From: Candidatus Saccharimonadota bacterium
GTDB taxonomy: Bacteria; Patescibacteriota; Saccharimonadia; Saccharimonadales; UBA4665
Assembly: GCA_016699935.1 (NCBI GenBank)
Contig: CP064992.1
Coordinates: 1 to 32,000, forward strand
DNA: 32,000 nt
Direction: 5' to 3'
Both the position numbers and the translations under genes were made by a program. The notes under the pieces are model-generated. The model had not been told where the DNA came from. It was given only the letters and a program-made list of their open reading frames with translations, and made no database searches. Below, in pieces: positions 27,263-32,000 of this stretch; the stretch's first letter is position 1, and each line of letters begins with the position of its first letter.

Positions 27263-29083
27263 TCATCCTTTTGCGTTTGGTGGGGTCGAGTTCTTTTTGC
27301 GGAGACGAAGGCTCTTTGGAGTGACTTCTAGCAGTTCATCGTTTTCGATGAAATCGAGACATTGTTCTAGGCTAAATATGGTCGGCGGGGTCAGTTGCAC
27401 GACACCGTCTGATGAGCTTGAACGCATGTTGGTTAGGTGCTTTGCTTTGCAAATGTTTATTTCCATGTCTTCTTGGCGGGTATTGAGGCCTATGATTTGC
27501 CCAGCATATACTTGCTCGGCGGGGCCAATGAATGTCGTGCCGCGGGCTTCGGCATTTTGTAGTGAATATGGTGTTGAGATACCTGTTTCAAAAGAAATTA
27601 GCACGCCATTACGCAGCTGTTCCAAAGCAGCCCCAATTGGCGCATACCCGGTTACCAAAGTGTTCATGACAATGGTGCCTTTGGTATTTGTCAGCAAAAT
27701 GTTCCGCATACCCAGTAGTGTTCGGGTAGGCATTTCATACACAAGCTTCGTAACGCCTTTGCTTGGACTAGCAAATTGCTCTTTTAGGGTGGCCCGGCGC
27801 TGGCCAAGTTCCATCTGGACGGTTCCAACATGTTCGGCTGGCACTTCTATAATGACTTCCTCGACCGGCTCAACTTCCACGCCATTTTCAATGTGCGTGA
27901 CGACTTGCGGCCGACCAACTTCAAATTCGTAGCCTTCCCGGCGCATGGTTTCTATGAGCACACCGAGGTGAAGCTCACCCCGGCCTGCGACAGTAAAGCC
28001 AATGCCATCATCAGTTACTTGCAAACCGACATTTGTTTCCAGCTCTTTTTGCAAACGTGAGCTTATTTGGCGAGAAGTATTAAACTCTCCTTCAAGACCT
28101 TTGAATGGTGAGGTGTTCGGGCCGAGATATATCCGGAGGGTCGGCGCTTCGACTTCTATGGTCGGCAGGGCTTCTGGCTCGTTGACATCGGCAATTGTTT
28201 CACCGATCTGAGCCGTACCGACGCCAGTCAACTGCACAATATCGCCGGCTACTCCTTCCGGCACTTCGTACTTGCTAACGCCTTGACTCATAAAAACTAG
28301 CTCGACTTTGGCTTTGACCTGCGAGCCATCTTTTTTACACAGCACAACCTGTTCGCCGGCTTTGACCCGCCCGCGCGAAATTCGACCAATGGCGTATTTA
28401 CCCTTGAAGTTATCCCACGCAAGCGCTGTCACGAGCATCTGGAATGGCTTGTCGGCTTCGACTGCTGGTGCGGGGATCTTCTCGATGATAGCATCGAACA
28501 ATGGGGTTAAATCCGCCTCTGTTAAAGCGTCATCCGGGACGGAAGCCCAGGCTTTGCCCTCTCGCCCGATTGCGTAGTACACCGGGTAGTGCAACTGGTC
28601 TTCGTGAACGGCGAGCTCCAAAAACAAATCGGCCAGTTCGTCTTCGACTTCAGCGATCCGCGAACCAGATTTGTCGATTTTGTTTATGACGACGATGGGT
28701 TTGAGTTCGGCTTCGAGCGCCCGCTCTAAAACAAACTTGGTCTGCGGCATGGGGCCTTCCTGCGCATCGACTATGAGCAAACAGCCATCGGCCATATTGA
28801 GCGTGCGCTCAACCTCGCCCGAAAAGTCGGCGTGTCCAGGCGTGTCGACGATGTTAATGCGGTAATCGCCGTGCTGCACCGCCGTGACCTTTGCGGTAAT
28901 AGTGATACCACGCTCGCGTTCCTGGTCGCCGCTATCCATAATGAGATCTTGGCTCATTTCTGCCTGGTTCTCGCGAAACGTGTGACTCTGCTTCAGCAGA
29001 CCATCCACCAGAGTGGTCTTGCCATGGTCAACATGTGCAATAATTGCGATGTTTCGGATTTTAGTTGGGTCTTGGGCGCTCAT
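27263..29083 (-). CDS. typA: Translational GTPase TypA/BipA
   Basis: Intact. Start taken at [25 protein letters not shown] (ATG 29083). G motifs DTPGH and NKID, plus the EF-G-like domains and BipA C-terminal domain. Confidence 0.95.
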   Translation of the reverse strand: MSAQDPTKIRNIAIIAHVDHGKTTLVDGLLKQSHTFRENQAEMSQDLIMDSGDQERERGITITAKVTAVQHGDYRINIVDTPGHADFSGEVERTLNMADGCLLIVDAQEGPMPQTKFVLERALEAELKPIVVINKIDKSGSRIAEVEDELADLFLELAVHEDQLHYPVYYAIGREGKAWASVPDDALTEADLTPLFDAIIEKIPAPAVEADKPFQMLVTALAWDNFKGKYAIGRISRGRVKAGEQVVLCKKDGSQVKAKVELVFMSQGVSKYEVPEGVAGDIVQLTGVGTAQIGETIADVNEPEALPTIEVEAPTLRIYLGPNTSPFKGLEGEFNTSRQISSRLQKELETNVGLQVTDDGIGFTVAGRGELHLGVLIETMRREGYEFEVGRPQVVTHIENGVEVEPVEEVIIEVPAEHVGTVQMELGQRRATLKEQFASPSKGVTKLVYEMPTRTLLGMRNILLTNTKGTIVMNTLVTGYAPIGAALEQLRNGVLISFETGISTPYSLQNAEARGTTFIGPAEQVYAGQIIGLNTRQEDMEINICKAKHLTNMRSSSSDGVVQLTPPTIFSLEQCLDFIENDELLEVTPKSLRLRKKNSTPPNAKG

Positions 29084-29229
29084 GATAGCCCCCGACCGGG
29101 AAGAGCAGCCCGACAAAAAGTCACGTCTTTTTGCCGGCGCGATGAGAAACCTGCATGCAGGTGTCTCATACGCTCAACGCGCGCAACAATTGCGATATTA
29201 CGAATTTTAGTTGGGTCTTGTGTAGTCAT
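29080..29229 (-). other. 49-codon upstream ORF whose first 19 codons are a diverged duplicate of the typA 5' end; its stop overlaps the typA start (ATGA)
   Basis: [19 protein letters not shown] compared with [19 protein letters not shown]. Most DNA differences are at third codon positions. It contains a 12-bp-arm palindrome around GCATGC (about 29147-29170). Confidence 0.35.
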
Positions 29230-29303
29230 AAAATAAAGCGCCGTGTGGGCGCCCCTTCTTGTTCATCATTTTAGCACATCTGTGGTTAAATGGCAAAAGC
29301 ACT

Positions 29304-29332
29304 TTGCCACAGGGGTAGCGATACTGTATACT
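29304..29332 (+). promoter_or_regulatory. Putative promoter of the CNNM gene (TTGCCA-N17-TATACT, 10 nt before GTG)
   Basis: -35 at 29304-29309, -10 at 29327-29332, GTG at 29343. No Shine-Dalgarno. Confidence 0.4.
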
Positions 29333-29342
29333 GGGTACGATT

Positions 29343-30347
29343 GTGGAAGTCATTATTCTCATAGTTCAAGTCGTGCTGCTCGTTGGAGTCGCCGCTATCT
29401 GTTCGGGACTCAATGTTGCGTTTATGTCCCTGAATCTTGCTGACTTGCGAAGGAAGGCGAAGCTGGGCAATAGTTATGCCAAATGGCTGATGCCACTGCG
29501 TAAAAACGCGCACCTTACTCTCGCCGCAATACTACTGACAAATGTCGCCGCGGCTTCACTAACACCGCTCGTGATCGATACACGTCTGAGCGGCCTGTGG
29601 GCTGTGGTCATTAGCACGCTTGCACTCACAATATTCGCCGAGATTATGCCGCAAGCACTTTTCGCGCAAAACGCCATACTATGGACCGGACGACTGGTGT
29701 GGCTGATTCGCCTCATGATTATCGTCACCTATCCCTTAGCAAAGCCCCTGCAGCTCATGCTCGACCGCATGTTTCGGCATGCTACCCACAGCTTACACAC
29801 CCGCCACGAACTTGGGCTTTTGGTTGCCGAACACATTGGCGCAAAAGAAAGCGAGCTTGATGAAGACGAAGTAGAGATTATTAAAGGGGCGCTGCAACTG
29901 AGCGAGAAAAAAGTTGGCAGTATTATGACGCCAATTGAGAGAGTCTTTTCACTCAGGCCATTCAGCCTTATTGATGATAAGCTCATAGATGAAATAAAAG
30001 CGACCGGCCATAGCCGCATCCCAGTCTTTAACACGCAAAAAACCATATGCTTTGGGGTTATACTCGTCAAAGAACTTGTTGACATAGACTTCGACGAAGA
30101 CCCACCCCGCGTTGACGAGTTGGCTCTACACCCAACGCAGCTTGTCGGTGCCGGTACCGCGCTCGATACCATGTTTCGTAAATTTATTTCCGCCCAAACC
30201 CATCTTATCCCGGTTGAGCGCGACGATGTTATTGTAGGCATTGTCACTATTGAAGATTTACTTGAAGAAATCCTCGGCCACGAAATAGAAGACGAGTCAG
30301 ATCGAGCTGTCGCGCTCGCAAATCGGCTCAAGAGAAAGAGAAGCTAA
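29343..30347 (+). CDS. CNNM/CorB-type transporter (DUF21 membrane domain + CBS pair; HlyC/CorC family without the C-terminal CorC domain)
   Basis: 334-aa intact ORF. DUF21 TM region (GLNVAFMSLNLADL...), then a CBS pair (IMTPIERVFSL...HSRIPVF...IVGIVTIEDLLEEILG). Confidence 0.85.
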   Translation: MEVIILIVQVVLLVGVAAICSGLNVAFMSLNLADLRRKAKLGNSYAKWLMPLRKNAHLTLAAILLTNVAAASLTPLVIDTRLSGLWAVVISTLALTIFAEIMPQALFAQNAILWTGRLVWLIRLMIIVTYPLAKPLQLMLDRMFRHATHSLHTRHELGLLVAEHIGAKESELDEDEVEIIKGALQLSEKKVGSIMTPIERVFSLRPFSLIDDKLIDEIKATGHSRIPVFNTQKTICFGVILVKELVDIDFDEDPPRVDELALHPTQLVGAGTALDTMFRKFISAQTHLIPVERDDVIVGIVTIEDLLEEILGHEIEDESDRAVALANRLKRKRS

Positions 30348-30585
30348 ATTATCATTGTCGTTGTGATAAATATCACAAATTGTTGTAAATAAAGTAACGT
30401 GCTTTTGGCCTCTGGAATTATTGTATAATATCATTCGTTTTGCTTGACTTGCGAAATGCTTATGAACTAGCCTAATCGCTACGTGCCGATAACTTTATGG
30501 TGGAGTTATGACGCACTAGCGGTCCTCCCTGGCTTTCAATACTATTCGCCGGGATTGTACTTGGACTGCGCTTAAGGAGGGTATT

Positions 30586-31350
30586 ATGAGAAAAACCGTA
30601 CTATCAGCGGTCGCCTTTGCGACCGTACTATGTGGCGTCACCATGCCACGCGTATCAGCTCAATCGTTGGGCTCTTACCAGGAAAAAGATTTCGTCAAAA
30701 CGGTCATATTGGCCAGCAACGATGAGAAAAATCCAAATGAGGTGAAGCAAACAGAAGAGAAAAAGGCAGATGAAGTTAAACCTGCCGTAGCGTCCGAACC
30801 AGCAGCACCGGCGCCTGTCGTCGTGACAGTGCAGCCAGGTGACAGCCTGAGCAAAATCGCGGAAGCTCATGGCACAACTTGGACTCGTCTGTACTTTGCG
30901 AATACCGCCATCGGTAATCCAAACATCATCAATCCAGGCGAGCAGATTCGGGTGCCAAGTGCGGATGAGGTGTTGGCTGAACGCCCACTGCCACAGCCCG
31001 TCGTCGTTGCCGCTCCAGTAGCGACAGCATACCGCGCAACCACCTACCGCGCAGCTGCCGCACCTGCCACGAGCTATCCGGTCAGTGCAAATGCCGCAAA
31101 GGCCTACATCTATTCACGCGAAAGCGGCAATAACCCAAATGCTACTAACCCGGGAGGCTGCTACGGCATCGGCCAGGACTGCAATGGTGTATTGCGCAGT
31201 TCTTGCGGTGCTGACTACGCCTGCCAAGACGCCTACTTTGAGGGCTACGCTGCCCGCCGCTACGGCAGCTGGGAAGCCGCCTATGCTTTTGGCAAGCCAA
31301 CCACTGGTGGTAGGATATGGGAGAAACATGCGCGGCCCTATCCGCTTTGA
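30586..31350 (+). CDS. Secreted LysM-domain protein with C-terminal Apf/SceD-like (transglycosylase-like) domain; 3' end probably shifted
   Basis: SD AAGGAGG. Signal peptide, LysM (VTVQPGDSLSKIAEAHGTTW...INPGEQIRVP), and a C-terminal YSRESGNNPNATNPGGCYGIGQ...RRYGSWEAAYAF. One extra T in the run at 31287-31290 would give the family-typical ending AFWQANHWW with a stop at 31311-31313. Confidence 0.8.
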   Translation: MRKTVLSAVAFATVLCGVTMPRVSAQSLGSYQEKDFVKTVILASNDEKNPNEVKQTEEKKADEVKPAVASEPAAPAPVVVTVQPGDSLSKIAEAHGTTWTRLYFANTAIGNPNIINPGEQIRVPSADEVLAERPLPQPVVVAAPVATAYRATTYRAAAAPATSYPVSANAAKAYIYSRESGNNPNATNPGGCYGIGQDCNGVLRSSCGADYACQDAYFEGYAARRYGSWEAAYAFGKPTTGGRIWEKHARPYPL

Positions 31351-31427
31351 GCGGACAGGGAACCTCCGGCTTGTTTTTCCCACTCTCCGCCCTAACGGCG
31401 AATCACTTCCCTTTTCAACAATTTTGT

Positions 31428-31462
31428 AAATATATTTCCGGAATAAATCCGGAAATATATTT
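31428..31462 (+). terminator. 15-bp perfect hairpin AAATATATTTCCGGA-ATAAA-TCCGGAAATATATTT (terminator candidate for the LysM gene)
   Basis: Direct reading. The AT-rich stem has a GC core and is followed by CGTTTATT. Confidence 0.45.
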
Positions 31463-31474
31463 CGTTTATTGAAC

Positions 31475-31682
31475 TGTCGCTTTCAGCGACAAAACTTGGA
31501 AAGAGGCTGGTATGCAGTGAGTGCTCACTGCGATGCTGCATAAGGTTATCCCTGGGTACCGGGGATGCATAACGACTGATTTGAAATTTCAAGTAAGCCG
31601 GTCGTTTGCACTCTCCCCGGCAGCTTTGTCCAACTTTGGCTGCCCAAAGTTGGTCGACACGGCAGTCCGAGAACTGCCGATG
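31475..31682 (+). repeat. Structured intergenic element, copy D (minimal version)
   Basis: 5' hairpin TGTCGC-TTTCA-GCGACA plus an A tract. GGGTACCGGGGATGCATAACGACTGATTTGAAATTTCAAGTAAGCCGGTCGTTTGCA is shared with C. The terminal hairpin CGGCAG-TCCGAGAA-CTGCCG has a loop identical to A. Confidence 0.75.
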
Positions 31683-31847
31683 TTAAAACCTCTTGCAGAA
31701 TAATCCGTATACCCAGAACGTGATGATTTTTGTTTCAAATTGGCAATAGCCGACAAATCGTAACTGCTGTTACGATGCGAAGGTTATTGCTCTGTTTGGG
31801 ACAAAAAGGGCGCGTTATGGACTACGGAGTTATTATGCGGGGAGGTC

Positions 31848-32000
31848 TTAAGTAGATAGGTTAGGATCATCTTGTGGCGCATAGACGGCGTCTTGTGGCG
31901 CATTGACGGCGTCTTGTGGCGTACCGACAACTTTTCTTGCATGTCCAACGATGACCCACAAGGCACTAACAGCACTGCTATGGTTCGTGCGTCGTTCGTC
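31848..32000 (-). CDS. C-terminal end of a membrane protein (5' part beyond the right edge) with a tandem heptapeptide tail
   Basis: The minus-strand frame is open from nt 32000: DERRTNHSSAVSALWVIVGHARKVVGTPQDAVNAPQDAVYAPQDDPNLST, stop at 31848-31850. The track ORF 31784-31975 is in a different frame and reads through the repeat as a low-complexity peptide. Confidence 0.45.
   Translation of the reverse strand, partial: DERRTNHSSAVSALWVIVGHARKVVGTPQDAVNAPQDAVYAPQDDPNLST
31871..31933. repeat. 21-bp tandem repeat x3 (CTTGTGGCGCATWGACGGCGT)
   Basis: Direct reading. It encodes the (A/T)PQDAV(N/Y) repeats of the partial minus-strand CDS. Confidence 0.85.

Noticed and set aside
31871-31933. Possible CRISPR-like array (21-bp direct repeats)
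   Set aside because: The repeats are contiguous with no spacers, and they lie in frame in a coding sequence.

Overview
Bacterial chromosomal segment, roughly 50% GC by eye, with about 32 protein-coding loci and no rRNA, tRNA or CRISPR array. Recognisable genes are pheS-pheT, typA/bipA, tgt, corA, uppP, rmuC, yajQ, hpt, a ZIP transporter with a divergent Fur/Zur-like regulator, a Kef-type antiporter, a CNNM/CorB-type protein, DUF475, yhhQ, inositol-3-phosphate synthase with a divergent LysR regulator, and a LysM cell-wall protein. This fits a small-genome bacterium; a CPR/Saccharibacteria-like origin is only a guess. No classical defence or secondary-metabolite cluster is visible. Three things stand out. 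(1) Four copies of a modular, hairpin-rich 210-320 nt intergenic element share one orientation, and each lies just 3' of a gene. Three of them are extended by a fixed set of small palindromic modules. I could not match this family to any RNA family I know, and it is my best candidate for something undescribed. (2) Short repeats have invaded the window: MITE-like GTCATTC...GAATGAC elements (one inserted in frame in pheT), tandem heptamer arrays that supply the -35 box of leaderless-type promoters, and a four-helix-bundle (Avd/23S-IVS family) gene cassette wedged between pheS and pheT. (3) About half of the loci are broken by roughly three dozen 1-nt indels, mostly in homopolymers. About 13 kb of other genes, including the translation genes pheS, pheT, typA and tgt, carry none. 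That pattern is non-random and needs read-level verification. Smaller oddities are a DUF475-tgt in-frame read-through, a diverged duplicate of the typA 5' end forming an overlapping uORF, and a 34-bp perfect palindrome in a divergent promoter region. All frameshift reconstructions and coordinates are manual and should be treated as approximate.
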